This document shows positions 34,601-49,035 of a stretch of DNA of 64,000 bases, one piece after another. Positions within the stretch are counted from its first letter, which is position 1, and every line of letters begins with the position of its first letter. The position numbers and the translations under genes were made by a program. The DNA is taken from the NCBI RefSeq assembly GCF_964194155.1, contig NC_135906.1:22196001-22260000 (forward strand), written 5' to 3'. Source of the stretch: Cetorhinus maximus (lineage: Eukaryota). The notes beneath the pieces were generated by a model. The model saw only the letters and a program-made list of their open reading frames with translations, was not told where the DNA came from and searched no databases.

Positions 34601-36934
34601 CGTTCTAGCCAGGAAACTCTGCTTGTTCTCCACTCAGGGGTTGGAGTGAGAGAAAATGGCCGAAATCAAAATCTCATCGAGGAATAGGGCGGGTTTTGCA
34701 ATTGCAAAGTATTTACAGTGCAGAAAGGTTCATGCCATTGTTTATGCTCCACGTAAGGTGTCTCCCATCCCTTTTCATTTTGCCCTATCGGCATATCCTT
34801 CTGTTCCTTTCTTCTTTTGTGTGTTTATCTAGCTCCCTCCCCTTTACGCATTGATACTGTTCACCTCAACTACTCCCATTATTGTGGCGAGTGCCATATT
34901 CCCACCACCCTCTGGGTGAAGAGGTTTCTCCTGAATGCTCTGTATTGGATTTATTAGCGATTACCTCTTATTTATTGCCTCTAATTCTGATCTCCCGTGC
35001 AAGTGGAATTATCTTCTCTACATCCATCTGTCAAGCTTTCATAATTTTAAAGACTCCTGTCAGATCACCCCCTCAGCCATTTCTTGTCTAGAGAAGTGAG
35101 CCCCAGCCTGTTCGATCTTTCCTGATAGACCTCAGGTTTCTGTTTGTACCTGTAAAGGTCCATTATTCATTTGGAATGTCCCGGGACTGATGTCAAATTG
35201 GAATTGTTGAGGGAGGGGGGAGGGGGAGGCCCACTTGCCCTGAATTATTTGGGGACACCAGGTCTTGCATAGATCATAGGGGAGAGCTTCATTTCTGCGT
35301 GGTGCATTTTGAAGAAGCACATTGTTCTTCGCAGCCTTCTCCATTTGCTTAACTTTCCACAATATGGTCCAGTTGTAAGGCTCTTCATCATTTCTCCATA
35401 TGTCTGTTCCTTGGATCATGACTGTCTAAGCTGTCAGTCCTCTCACCCGCAGGAACATCCTGTCCCTGCACTTTCTGCCAATTCCATTGTCCCGAGATTA
35501 ACAATGAACATTGGAGCCTGTGAACTGAGGCTGGCTTGGTCCCACAGCTAAATGGGATTTTCTGAACCCCCCCCTGTCACATCCTGTGCACCACAGCTGA
35601 ATTTGTAAATGGGGACATTAAAAGGGCAATAAAGTTGTAATTCTTTCCTTTTCCTTCCTCTGCATCCACCCCCTTCCCCCCCCACAAAAAAAAGAAACTC
35701 CTGCCCCAGCAGGAATTTGTCCTTGATTGAAAATCTAATAAGCAAAGTGACAGGGGTGTGGGATGTTCAGGTCATGGCTCACGTTCTGATACACTGTTCA
35801 AAATTAATTGAAACCGTCAATAACTATGTACGATGAGGGGCTGAAGTAAATCGGAGGGAAAGAAGGACACTTACTTTAAGAAGCAGACTTTGGTGTTATG
35901 TTTTTACAGATTTGCTGGGGGTTTGATCAGGACAGAAGTTAATCCTCCTCCTTTTCCTCCATGCCCAAACTTGACCAAATACTACATGTTAGTTCCCACC
36001 ACAGGTTCTCAAGATGTGTGGATATCCCACTTTGACTATCATCCCAAATAGTGCAATCATCAGGTTGAATGATATTGTTGAAGTATCTTATAGGCTTTAT
36101 CATTGATAAGCACTCACAAGTTTCATGTGGTTCGTGTTTGTGTAACCCGTTAACCAGCCATGGTCCCTGTTGGAATTGTGGGTTACAGGCATGGTCAGGC
36201 CTGTTCTAGTTTGAAGAATGCAGACCTCTTGCATGATTGCCGTCGGAGACGCTGTGGGAGATGGCTGGAAGTCGATGCACATTGAGTGCCGTCCTCTTGG
36301 CTCTGTCTGAGGTGACAAACAGCTGGCCTGGTAGATTTGCTGTAGCTTTTAGCAAGCTCTTGTGTTGAGGGTTGTAAGTTCCCTTGCTAAAAGCAAAGGA
36401 TGGTCATGGGCTCAAATCCCAGTCTACAGGATTAAGGACAGAAATCATTTCAATGCAGCATTGAGAGAGTGCTGCACTGTCGTGGTCAATGGTGCCATCT
36501 TTCTGGTGAAATAATAAATAAGGCTCAATCTGCTTATTCAGGTGCATATGAAAGATCCCAGGCTACTTGGTGAGGAAGAGCAGGGGTGTCCTCCCAGTGT
36601 CCTGGCAAATACCTCAACTGAAACCAGCAAGACAGATTAACTGGTCATTAGATCTTGTGAGACCTTGCTGTGCACAAATTGGCTGCTGTCTGTCTAAGTA
36701 GAAACCTGACTACAGTTCACATATAGCTGTCTTGAGGATGCTTGCAACCCTTTATTTTGTGCCCGAGAAGCACTCTCATCCCCCTGTGAGCATTTTGGGG
36801 TTTCTTGGATCAGAAGGACAAAATATTCATTTTTAGACACTAGATTTGTTAGCATAGACTACTTAGGCTGCATGGCCTGTTTCTGCGCTGTGTGTGGTCG
36901 TGATGTGTCCAAAGAACAGCTGCTGTGCTCATTT

Positions 36935-37290
36935 CTTCACGTCTCGCCACCTTACCCTTTTCTCGTCACTTGCTCATTGGAGCCTCCCCATTTTCAATTT
37001 CAGGTTGTCCAACATTCCCTTTCTCCCTCTTGATCTACATCCCTCTAATCTTCCCTCAAACATGTCCTTCAGCAAGTTCTCGAGCCTTAGAATATGGTCA
37101 ATCCAACCTTGTTGCCTTTTCTTGATGGTATCCCCTAACCTTTCCTCCTCTACCATCCTGAGAACTTCTTTGTTGCTCTTGTGTTCTCTCCAGCCCTTCT
37201 CCAGAACCACGTTTCGCTACTTTCTAAACTTTGGATGTCTGTTTTTCTCAAGGTGCTGTGCTGCATGCTCGATAGAGAAGTAATGCTTGG
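36935..37290 (-). mobile_element. RTE-clade LINE 3' fragment
   Basis: ORF 36974-37210 W..HKSNKEVLRMVEEERLGDTIKKRQ..WIDHILR..LLK..FEGRLEG.RSRGR resembles the RTE ORF C-terminus (NEEVL...GHILR...EGK.EG.R.RGRP). Confidence 0.65.
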
Positions 37291-40200
37291 TGGGTGTAAT
37301 GTCTCGAATCTGTCCTGATTGCTGTAATTTCCTGTTGTTGGTAGACACTCCGTATTTTGCGCGCTTCTCCTTGTTAGCCTAACATTCTGCATCACATTCC
37401 AACAGCCGGCAGGAGCTCGGGTGACGTGATCACAGCTACTCTATTTCTTGAGCAATCAGAGGTGACTGTCCCTGGGATCTCCTCCTGTGGTGAAAGCTCA
37501 CAGCTTTTTGCTTCGTTCTGTCAAGGACCGCAGAGCTAAAGTTCATACTGTAGAGGATTAGTCAGGCCTAGTCCAATTCGCCATGACTGAATGTTGGTCT
37601 CTGAGACAACATTCCTTTACCCTCCTTGTTTCAAAGCACAGGGAAGTTCTTGGCTTGACCCTTATCCTGCCATTCCACTCTTGAGGAGTTTTGCGGCTAC
37701 ACTGTGCTGTTCTCCCCCATTTACTGGATGTACCAGCATTATTGCTGCATGGGCCCTAAGCTCTAGAATTCCCTCCCTAAACCTCTGCCTATTTACCACT
37801 CTTTCCTACTCTAAGGCACTCCCCTTTATTCCCCTTTGACCTCATCTGCCCTAATACCTTCTTGTGTGGCTTATTGTCAATTTTTTTTCTGATAATGTTC
37901 CTGTGAAGTGTCTTGTTTTACTATGTTAAAGGCGCTATATAAATGCAAGCTTTTCTCATGTTAGAAATGAGCCTAATTTTCTTCAGGGTTTTTATGTGTA
38001 AACTTAACTTAAAACCAGTTTATGTTAGATTACCTCCCTGCTGAACCAGGATGTGCAAGATCTGAAATAAAATGCCTCTCCAATGATACTGAATTTAAGT
38101 GAAGTACAATTTACTCAGCAAAATTCAATTCCTTCAGGAGAGAAAAGACTGGGAGGTGATGTTCCTGTCTCTGTCTTTACCGTTGTTTTTATATTGCGGA
38201 CAAATTGTACACATGGGAGTGTTTTCCCCAGGTTTTCTTAATCACTGGCCTTGGATTTTCTTGGCTCTGTGGGTACAAGTGCTGAGCTGAGGCCACAAGA
38301 ATGGATCTTAGCACAGAGACTTCACAAAAATCTAGGCTGTCGCCACCGGGTGTAGTAGTGAGGGAGTGCCGCACTGTCGGAGGTGCTGTCTTTCGGATGC
38401 GATGTTAAGTCAAGGCCCTTGCCCTCTCAGGTGGATGTAAAAGATCCCATGGCACTATTCGAAAAGCAGGGGAGTTCTCCAAGTGTTCTGGCCAGAGATG
38501 TTTATCTCTCAACCAGCCTGGCAAAGATGAGAGGGAGTTAGGGAGCAAATTCCAGATTATGGAGACTCAATGGTTGAAGTCACGTTATTAATAGAAGGTC
38601 AAGGTTGAGGGAGGTGGTTACATATACATCCATGGTCTGGAATTGATGATTTGCCAGGTAGAGGGCTGTTGGGCAAGAAAAGGGGTTGTGTGTTGGGCTG
38701 GGGGAGGGAAGGGCTTGGGCGGAAGAGGTGAGGCCATGAAGGGATATAAATACAAGTAAGATTATTTTAAATTGAAGGTTTTTGGGGACCAGGAGCCAAT
38801 ACAGGTTAGCGGGGACAGGGTGATGGGCAAGCAAGGCAGGATGTGCTATTGGTTAGGACACTAACAGGAGAATTTGATGAGGGTGGCAAAGGGAATACCT
38901 GGAGAGCATTTGATAGTCACTTATGGAGGTGCTGAAGGCACCAAGCAGCAGATGAACAGGATAGGGTTGAAGGTGCACAAGGGTTGCCAATCCATTGGGG
39001 CTCGACGGGTTGATCTCCTTGGGCACTGCTGTTGGCAACCCGGGAGAAAAATGGGAAAGTGGAGATTGGCATGCTCGAGACCTCTCGTGTTTTTGGCACC
39101 CAACCCATCTCGGCCCCTCCAGTCCGATGAAGGGGATCTTGGGGAAAGGCTGCAGTCTGTCGAGTGCAGTGGTCAACACTGTGGAAACAGCACGAGTGGA
39201 GCGGCCAAATCTGAAACTGGACAAGGGGTGAAAAGGATACACAGAATGTGTTCAGCTCAAATAAATGACTGTTTTCTATAAACCCATTTTAGAAACCAGA
39301 TGAACTTCAAATGCTTTTTCTTAGCCAATGTGAAAAGAGAATACCAAAAAACGCATGCAGAACCACTGGAAATTATTTTATTTTCCATTTAAAGCACTCA
39401 GTAAAATGAGGATTGTTCCAGTATTTGTTTAGCTCAAACAAGCTTCGGTTGGAAGAAAATTCAATTGACGGCAATGACTCCACAAATATCAACACACAGA
39501 AACAAAACAATCCTAGGGCATAAGGAGATAGATGACCCTTTTAAAATTTAAAATCACATCTTCTAAATTTAGGAAAAATTATTCAGACTGACTCAATGTC
39601 TGAGTTTTCCAAAGGAACAAGGTTGAAAGTGTGGGTGTGCCTTTCTACTGGTGCCTTTGCAGCAGATAAAATGCTCTCAAAAAAAAAACAGACATGTCCT
39701 TTAACTAAAATTTTCTAAAAATACCATTCTGCACAAACAAAAATGCTCAGCTACAGGGGACCCGAGCTTTATAAAGTAAATGGAAACGCATTTGCAAAAA
39801 TTGCCAGCAAGTGTCACATGACCAAGCCCCCTGGAATATGTCCAACAAGTGTTGGCAAATCCAAGATGAGCAGTGTTATGGAGGTGGAAGTGGACTGTCT
39901 TTCTGATGGAGAGGAAATGGGGTTCTGGAGGTAGGAGTGGGGGTGGAGTGGGGGGAAGGATTGGGATCCCCACAGACATGCACCTGCTCTGGAATTCCCT
40001 CCGCATCTCTATCTCTTCCCCCTCCCCCCTTTGAGAGGCTCTTTAAAACTTACCTCTTCAATTCCTGGTGCTCTGTCCCTAACAGCACTGTGGGTGTACC
40101 TACATCACAGGGACTGCAGCGGTTCAAGAAGGCAGCTCACCACCACCTTCTCGAGGGGCAATGAGGGATGGGCAATAAATGCTGGCCCAGCCGGAGACGC

Positions 40201-41914
40201 CCACACCCCATGAACGAATATATAATAAAAAATCTTTCGGTCATCTATCCTAATATCTCACTTTCTGGCTTAGGGTCAAATTTTGCCTGATAGCCCTGCT
40301 CTGGGATGACTTGCAATGTTTTAATTTGAGCGCAGATTGTTAATTAAAGAAAAGGCAGGCAGCCAGTCGAGGGCGTTTGAATCAAATCTCTGTGCAGGGA
40401 CAAGCTCCCTGACAAGGGAGTATAAAAAGATGCTGCATGGAGGTCAGCCTTGACATGGGATCAAAAATCCTCAAACTCTTTTCCTGAAATAATGCTAGTC
40501 CATTTCTTAAGACAGCTGGATGTGTATAAATGCGGAGGAGTTTGCGCTAGAATAAGTGGACACTGCGTTGACTCTCTGACACTCACTTCCCTGCCTCAGG
40601 GTAAGAGATTTGGATGATACTGGGTGTGCAGATGAGATTTTCAAATGCCCCTGTCGAATGAAAAGAATTCCCTTCGGCTGTAATGGTTCAGTGGGAATGA
40701 CCTCAAAGGCGACAGTGCAGGATGTTTTTGTTTGGAGAAGGTTTATTTTCCCCTCTTCTGCCCTCCTCCAATGTGTTCCTGATGGTACCGTGGCTAAACT
40801 AGGCTTTCAGAATTCAGCAAGCTTTTGTCCACTCTCACTGTGGGTGCTGTGCAGTCTGGTAACAAGGCCTTATTCATTGGGTCATTGTCTTCTGCTGTAC
40901 ATATTTACGCTTGGCTCCCATGCCAGCGAAAACTTGAGGGCCAAGTCTACTTTTTTTTTATATATACTTGAAAGCTCAGTCGGTCTTTGTTGGCTCCATT
41001 TGATCTTCCTGCAACACTTCACGTGTCATAAACAGGTGAGCTCGAGGGGGCCAATGCCACACAAAATCCCATCGCACAGCTCTTTGGCACCAAGTAAGAC
41101 TGCAAGAGTTCATGTTTCAAATGCTGTGGCAATTGAGTGCATGCTGCAGTTGTGATTGAGAGCAGTTGATACTAATTGGGAAAGGTTAGGGCACATCTAT
41201 AAGAACCAGTCTCCACCTGTGTGGGGGAGAACTGTGGAAGGGAAAAGTAGTCGGCTGGGTTTTGTGAGTAAACCCACGTTGAAGACAGACTGGCTCCAGT
41301 GTCTTCCTTTGCCACATGCATGTTCAGCGCATTAGCAATAACTTCCCGCTGCCCCACCCCCCCTACCCGCAATTCTCTTCCCATTTTGCCCCCTCCTCTA
41401 CTGAGAGATTGGCTTCTCGTTACACTTCGCCACATCTGGTGACTCGCCATGGTGACTGCTCTTCTTGTCTAAGCTAAGACGGTGAGTGCTGGCCGATTGC
41501 CTGATCGGTGGGCACGTATCACAGCTGAGCCCAATCCTATTGTCACCTGATGTCACCCGTGCCCACACTTTCCTCCACAGTAGGTTGGGTAGTAAGAGCA
41601 AGGACGCTGATTCTACTTCTCTCTCTCCCCTGCCACCACCACACCACCTCCCCTGCCCAACTTTCTCTCATTAACCCAGTTGTAGTCTCTCCTACTGCTG
41701 TCCAGGCCTAGGCCAATGAGCTCATCAGCAGACCTGGGAAAAGGATAAAGAGGAACCTATGCTCTGTTCCTCACCAGACTTTCGTTATGATGCCTAGAAT
41801 GATGTCCACCTCTTGCTTCTCTCATTTCATCAGAACCATACTGGGGTTAAACTATGCAAACAGGTTGCATGGCTTAGGCTTGTATATCCTTAAGTATAGA
41901 AAATTAAGGGGTGC

Positions 41915-43503
41915 CAAGTGACAAATGGGCAACAGGGCTAAAGGCCGATAAGTCCCCGAGACCTGATGGGTTGCATCCTAGGATATTAAAGGAAGTAGCT
42001 ACAGAGTTGGTGGATGCACTGGTAGGAATCTTCCAAAAATCCTTAGATTTTGGAAAAGTCCCAGAGGATTGGAAAACTTCCAACACCCTTATTCAAAAAT
42101 GGAGGGGGACAAAAAACGGGTAACTATAGACCAGTTAGCTTAACATCTGCCATTGGGAAAATGTTGGAGTCTATTATAAAGGATGTAGTAGCAGAGCATT
42201 TAGAAATACATAATCTAATCAAGCAGAGTCAGCAAGGCTTCATGATGGAGAAATCATGCCTGACAAATTTATTAGAATTCTTTGAGGAGGTAACAAGTAG
42301 GATAGATAAAAGGGAACCAGTAGTTGTAATGTATTTGGATTTCCAAAAGGCGTTTGATAAGGTACTACACATAAGGCTACTTAAAAAGATAAGAGCCCAT
42401 AGTGTTGGGAGAATATAATCCATATTAGTATGGATAGTGGATTGGCTAACTAATAGAAGACAGAGTTGGGATACGGGGGGCATTTTCAGGATGGCAACCT
42501 GTAACAAGTGGAGTGCCACAGGGATCAGTGCTGGGGCCACAATTATTTACAATATATATTAATGATTTGGAGGAGGGAAATGAATGTACTATCGCCAAGT
42601 TTGCGGATGACACAAAAATAGGTGGGAAAGCAAGTGTTGAGGATGACACCAGGAGTCCACAGGGGGATATAGACAGGTTAAGTGAGTGGGCAAAAACTTG
42701 GCAAATGGAATATAATGTGGGAACTATGAGGTTATGCACTTTGGCAGGAAGAATAGAGGAGCTGAATATTATTTAAATGGAGAAAGACTGCAGAAAGCTG
42801 CTGCACAGAGGGATTTGGGGGTCCTCGTGCATGATCCCAAAAAGCTAGCATACAAGTTCAGCAGGTAATAGGAAAGACAAATAGAATGTTGGCCTTTATT
42901 TCAAAGGGAATGGAGTATAAAAACAGGGAAGTCTTGCTAAAACTATACAAGGCACTGGTTAGACCACACCTAGAATACTGAGAACAATTTTGGTCCCCTT
43001 ATCTAAGGAAAGATTTACTGGCATTGGAGGCAGTCCAGAGAAGGTTCACTAGGTTTATCCCGGGTATGGAGGGATTTCCTTATGAGGAGAGGTTGAGTAG
43101 GTTGGACCTGTACTCGTTGGAGTTTAGAAGAATGAGAGGCGACCTCATTGAAACATAAAAATTCTTAGGGGGCTTGACCTAACAGCAGATGCTGAGAGGC
43201 TGTTTCCCCTTCTGGGAGAGTCTAGGACCAGAGGGCATAATCCCAGAGTAAGAGGTCGCCCATTTAAGACAGAGATGAGGAGGAATTTCTTCTCTGAGGG
43301 TGTTGAATCTGTGGAATTCTTTACCGTAGAGGCTGGGTCATTAAGTATATTCGAGGCTGATTTTTAATCAGTAAGGGAATCAAGGGTTATGGGGAAAAGG
43401 CAGGAAAGTGGAGTCGAGGATTATCAGATCAGCCATGATCTCATTGAATAGCGGAGCAGACTCAATGGGCTTACTTCTGCTCCTATGTCTTTTGGTCGTA
43501 TGA
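41915..43503 (+). mobile_element. 5'-truncated CR1 LINE with frameshifts
   Basis: KSPRPDGLHPRILKE, NYRPVSLTS, YLDFQKAFDKV, PQGSVLGPQLF and KFADDTK motifs; CR1 3' tail. Confidence 0.95.
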
Positions 43504-43575
43504 ACAATGTGGGCGATGCAGTTGGCATACTTCAGAGCAGTTTAGTTATGCAGAAAGATCCAACCTAGAACCTTT

Positions 43576-44014
43576 GTGTCAGCCATGGCTCCATAGGTAA
43601 CACTCTCGCCCGTGAGTCGGAAGGAAGTGGGTACACGACCCACCTCGGAGACGTGAGCACAAAACTCTTGTCTGACACTTCAGTGTAATACCAAGGGAGT
43701 GCTGCATTGTCGGAGGTGTCGTTAAACCAAGAAGCCACCTGTTCTCACGAGATCCCACAGTGCTATTCTTAAAAAAAAGAGTAGGGTTGTTCTGCCTGGT
43801 GTCCTGGTTAATGTTTATCTCTCCATTATACCAGTGGAAAGAGATTATCTGGTCATTTTCACATTGCTGCTTGTGGGCGCTTGCTGTGTGTAAATTGGTT
43901 CCCTCATTTCTAAACTAAAACAGTGACTACACTTCAAAAGTACTTCATTGGCTGTAAAGCTCTTTAGGATGTCCTGAGATTGTAAAAGGCGCTATATAAA
44001 TGCAAGTCTTTCTT
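43576..44014 (+). mobile_element. Near full-length DeuSINE-type SINE
   Basis: tRNA-like head, Deu-like domain (gggagtgctgcattgtcggaggtg), tail tgtaaaaggcgctatataaatgcaagtctttc. Confidence 0.75.
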
Positions 44015-45781
44015 GCCCTTAACTTGTCTGTTCTCTCCGCAGATGACACCTGCTTCCAGCTGTTTGTGATCTAGTTTCTGATTTCTGGCAACTGCAGTTC
44101 TTCTACTTTTAGTCCATGACTTGTATTTTGTCTGATTTAGTTTTGTTTTTATGTACAGTGTTTGAGGGAAGCTGATGCCCTTTGGTCCCACTGTGTTGGC
44201 AGATAAATATTAGTTGCCTTGTCATGCTTTATTGAAATTCTTATGGAAGGGAATTAACTGGGCAATAATCCAGAATCAGACTGTGGACAGGTGGTTGACC
44301 CCATCTTGGCATGTAATTTTAAGTGGCAGCTTGACGCAGTTACCAGTGAGCTCTGTCCTCAGGTTGTAGGTTCAACACTTACTGCAACACATAATTTAAA
44401 CTGACACCTCTGTGCTGCACTGAGGGAGCATTGTCAGAGCTACCATCCTTCAATGAGAGTCATGCCCTGTGTCTTCACTTCTGGAGGAGTTTACAAATTG
44501 TGCAGCACTATTCAATGTGGAACAGGGAGTTCTGGTTATTCTGACCAATGTTTATCCCAGTTATTTTCTAGCCCAATATATTCACACAAACACACTCCCA
44601 CTCTTCAAAATCCTGGGCGATTCTGAGGCCATAAATCAGGACTCTGTTCCTGCCCTTACCGAGATTGGTTGACTCATCATGCAGACTTGGGTGCAACTGA
44701 TTCTGTGGCTAATTGGTAGTTCAGTGTCGATCTCTGCACCCATCCAGAAGATGCAGTTATCTTGCACGTGACTTGTGACTGACTCTGCCTGCCTGACACA
44801 AGAATGCAGATGTTAAAAAGATGATGTATTTACATCACAACCGCTCCTCTACAAGAAGCCAATGCTTGACATCAAATGTAAATTAGATCCAGTCCAAAAA
44901 CTAGATAAGGCCATTTGACCAAGCTAGATTCGTCCATCCAAAGTTCTAGCTCAACCAGCCTGACATCATCAACAACAACTTATATTTATATAGTGCCTTT
45001 AACATAATTAAATGTTGCAAAACATTTCGCAGTAACACTATAAAACACTCTATGACATCAGACCATGTAAGGTCAGATGACTAAAAGCTTGGTCAATGAG
45101 GTAGGTTTTAAGACGCGTCTTAAAGGAGAAAAGCGAGATGGAAAGATGTAGGGAGGGAATTCCAGAGCTAGGAGCCTAGGCAACTGAAGGCATGGCCACT
45201 ACTGGTGGAGCAATTATGACTGGGAATGCAGAAGGGGCAGTGATTGGACAAGTGCAGATATATAGCTACATTTTAAATATCTCTCCCGCTGATTCTAACA
45301 CCTTAGATAATAGATGTTTCCAGATGGTTATTGAGTTAAGACATTTATTTTCCTAGCTCGTTTTTTTTTTTGATTCTCTGACTTGTCTTGCAGTTATATC
45401 GAGTTCACCTTCCCTGTGCCCTTAGCGCAACCCGTGCTATTCACCCTCTGTAGCATGATTAATGGTCCTTTCGGTGAATGCATGTAGTTATCTTCAGATC
45501 TTGCAGTCTGTCTGTTCAATCACTCTCTACATTTTTAAACATGATGAGAGTTTCTGCCAGGGCAGCGAGGCAGCAGTGCCACCCTGAGCTATTGGAGCTT
45601 AGAAAGAGGAGGAGGTTATATAGCCTCTCGAGCCTGTTCTATTATTCGATGAGATCACGGCTGATCTGCGACCTCACTCCATATTGCATTGCGCAAATTG
45701 CTGTAGCGGCCACCAGCTGTGTGCTTAAAATGGCTGGCAGAGGGTGGCAGTAAAGTCAGCAGCACTAGCTGACATTACCTG

Positions 45782-46095
45782 CTGGCTCAGTGGCTAAGTG
45801 TGCCACATGGTACCCATGAAGACCACAAGACCAAGGTTCGACCTGTTGGTTGACCCCCTGCTTGGACGACAGCACAGCTGCTATAATTGGCCTGGGTCAG
45901 AGGGGAGAGGAGCATTCAGCCAGGGCTCCCCACCTTGAATGTGGACTTTCGGTGTGAGTGGGATGAAGCTCAGATGCTACAGGCGATTCTAGTCAACAGT
46001 CCAACCTCGCACGTGAAGAATTCGGCATTGGGCATGGTAGTAAAGCTGATGCCAACTCAAACTGCTCCCCCTTCAAGAAAGGCAAGGTAAGAAAA
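45782..46095 (+). mobile_element. Second tRNA-headed SINE family (AmnSINE2-like by recollection); further copies near 11570, 13600, 26430, 33870, 41350, 50990, 55375 and 59540
   Basis: tggctcagtgg...ggttcga head; shared internal ctataattggcc..cagccaggg..cacgtgaagaat motifs among copies. Confidence 0.5.
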
Positions 46096-48778
46096 GCCTG
46101 GCACCCTTTTCCAGTTGCTGCAGCCTTTGTGCCTACAATTACAAGCTGTAACAAGTTGAAGCTCAGATCAGATGCAGTGTGCATCAGATAAAGACATTCT
46201 CGCCCTCACTCAATCACTCTCACTCTCTCTAATGGATACGATTAGTGCAATGAAATAACCGAATGTGGATACATAGTTGTAAAATGCAAGTTGTTGGCAA
46301 TGGTGTCTCCCTTAAGACTGAAATGTTGCCAACACTGCAACAGCTAAATGAGAACTGTAGCTTGTGGAGGTGGCAGAAGCGTTTGTCACTAAGTGAATCT
46401 TTCTTTTCCATTAGGAACGCCAAATAAATGGAGTTATCGGAGGCTGTTTTCCAATAGGACAGCTCACCTGATGCTATCTCTTCTGTTCCCCGCCACAGTG
46501 CCAAAAGTTCCCCCTTGCATTTATTATGAATTTATTGGCACAGTTTTACTGAAAGGGTGAAATGGCCCTTTTTTCTGCATTTTGTAATGAGCAGAGTTTG
46601 AAATTGGATCATAAGAGGACGTGTCTTCCATACCCAGGCTTAGAAATTGTCATTTCCCCTCCAACTGTTTTTTTTTTACCCCCACTCTTCCTCTTTGATG
46701 TGTTAAAGACACGCACAGGAATATCATTTTTGTGGTTGCCTCAAATGGCCCCAATCTTATTTTAATTATCCTTGGGCCTTGGGATATGTGCATCAATGCC
46801 AAGGCCATGTTTGTTGTCCACCACTACTTCCCCGAGGAGGTGCTCTGCTGACCACCTCCTTCAACTGCTGCAGTCCTCATGCCGAGAGTACCCTGATTGT
46901 CGGGTAGAAGCTTCTAGAATTTTGACCCAGTGACGAGGCAAGAGGGTCAATTTATACCTCCAACTTGGATTGGCGTGTGATTTGGAAGGCGATGGCCCTC
47001 CCGTGATGCTGCTGCTTATTACTGTTAGGCAAGGGTATTACGAGATGGCAAGCCAGTACAAGTAGATGGAGTCGAGATACAAATCAACCTTGATTTTATT
47101 GAATGGCAGAACAGGCTTGAGGTGCTGAATAGCCTCCTCCTGTTCCTTTGCTCTTGCTCCGTGTGGTCATGAGTAGCTCCCATTCACCAAGGGTTTATTA
47201 GCATGTCGCTGCAGCCAGTAACGGCTGCCACGGTCAACTTGTTTGCTAATGGGTGGCAGCTGGGAGGGCCTATTCTCCCACTGGAATCTTTCCATGCCCA
47301 CTTCCCTTGCCAAAACAGGCAAGTTTGGTTTTGGGTTCTATGGAGAGCTGGTGGAACAGATGTGACGGTCCACCTGATTTTGTAAAAGCAGTCATTCACT
47401 GGGAGCCTGGGTGGGTCTGGGCAGCCTCTTGAACCATCCAGACCGAAAGTGGGGGAGATGAGGAGACCCCCAATTAGCAGCTGGGTCACAACAGAGATCA
47501 GAAGTGCTGATTAATTTTGATTAACTGCTACTCACCATCCTCAAAATCCCAGAGCGCACAGGTCAATTGTAGACCATCCCCCCTGCCCACGAACCCCAAC
47601 CGGCCCCCACAAACCTGAGGGCTGCCCAAGATGAGATGAGCTAAATGGGGACTCGATTTGAGTTGTTGCACAGCACTAATCAAGCCCTGTTCCTTGGAGA
47701 TGTTTAGTGAACTAGAGGAAATTGAGCTCGTCTGAAAACCTTTAGAATGGAATATTTTAAATAATTTGAAAAATGCATCCACAATGTTGGTCAAACTGCT
47801 TAGATTCTGGAATGCATCAAATCAGCTTCTGTGATATTTATTTGTTCATCATGATTTCTTGTTACCATGACAATTTTTCCACATAATTCTGGCAGGCAAA
47901 TTTATTGTGTGTCTCTTTTGATCTCTCTCTCGCTCTGTCTTTCCCTTTTCTCTCTCTGTCTCTCTCCTTTCCTCTTTCTCTTTCTGCATTTCACTCTCTC
48001 CCCCACCTTTGTTTCTCCTGCTGTTTTTACTGCCTGTCTTTCTCAAGCTCCTTTCCCTCTGCCTGTGTGCCGTCCTGATGCCCATGTTATTGCAGAGCTG
48101 GGGTCGGCGGGGGTGGGGGGTGATCCAAAATAATCTTGTTGAGAGAGAGAGAGAGAGAGAATGCCGGCTGTGGTGATGTTGGTTTCTCCAGCTGGGTGTG
48201 GCAGAACTGGTGGCACTAGAACCGAGTGCAAGAACAGCTCACCACCCCTCACTGCCACTCCAGCTTCCTAATGGGCTCGGAACGCAACCAGGAAGTACAA
48301 ATCAGAAGCAGATGGGGGCAGCCAGACGTTTCGTGTGACGGCCGACACTCTTCCCTCCCCTGCTCCAGTGGAGCCGTGATGAATGGGAACCATTCCGACA
48401 GCGGTTCACTGAAATGCAGGAGAATACACGAGCAGATGCAGGCACAGGCTCTTCATTTTGGCAGTGCTGGGGGTCAGTGTTCAGGTCTAAAGGAATAAAA
48501 GGACAGTATCAACGGCAAGCGTCAGAATGATCCCCTGAACGAGCTCCTGCCAATTGCAGCAGCCATGGTGGGTTTAATTGCAAGCAGGGGGTAGGCAGGG
48601 ATGTGGGGTTGAGGTTGCAGTCAGATCAGCCATGATCTTATTGAATGGCGGAGCAGGCTTGAGGGGCTGAGTGGCCTTTTTTTTGCAGCACCATCTTCAA
48701 AAAAACAATCTGCTCTGCATTGCTGTCCTTGTAAAGCTACCCACCTCCCCCACTCCTGGTTCAACTCCGTTGTCAAAT

Positions 48779-49035
48779 AAAAACAGAAAATGCTGGAAAA
48801 GCTCAGCAGGTCTGGCAACATTGGTGGAGAGAGAAACTAGAGTTAACGTTTCTGTATGACTCTGCTTCCAAGCCATATTGGACTCAAAAAGTTAACTCTA
48901 TGACTCAGAAGCAGAGTCATACAGACTCGAAACGTTAACTCTTTCCCTCTCCGCCAATGCTGCCAGACCTGCTGAGTTTTTCCAGCATTTTCTGTTTTGT
49001 AATTTCAGGTTTCCAGCATCCACAATATCTTTTAT
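48779..49035. mobile_element. Penelope-derived hairpin element with hammerhead-like motif
   Basis: Inverted aaaacagaaaatgctggaaaa..ctcagcaggtctggc arms; near-TSD ctc[c/a]gttgt[c/t]aaat at 48765-48778 and 49036-49049. Confidence 0.7.

Noticed and set aside
40610-41155. 181-aa ORF
   Set aside because: Non-ATG start, no recognisable domain or exon boundaries, intronic location.
48150-48500. ATG after a GA run as a possible alternative F-BAR first exon
   Set aside because: No family similarity and no convincing donor site.
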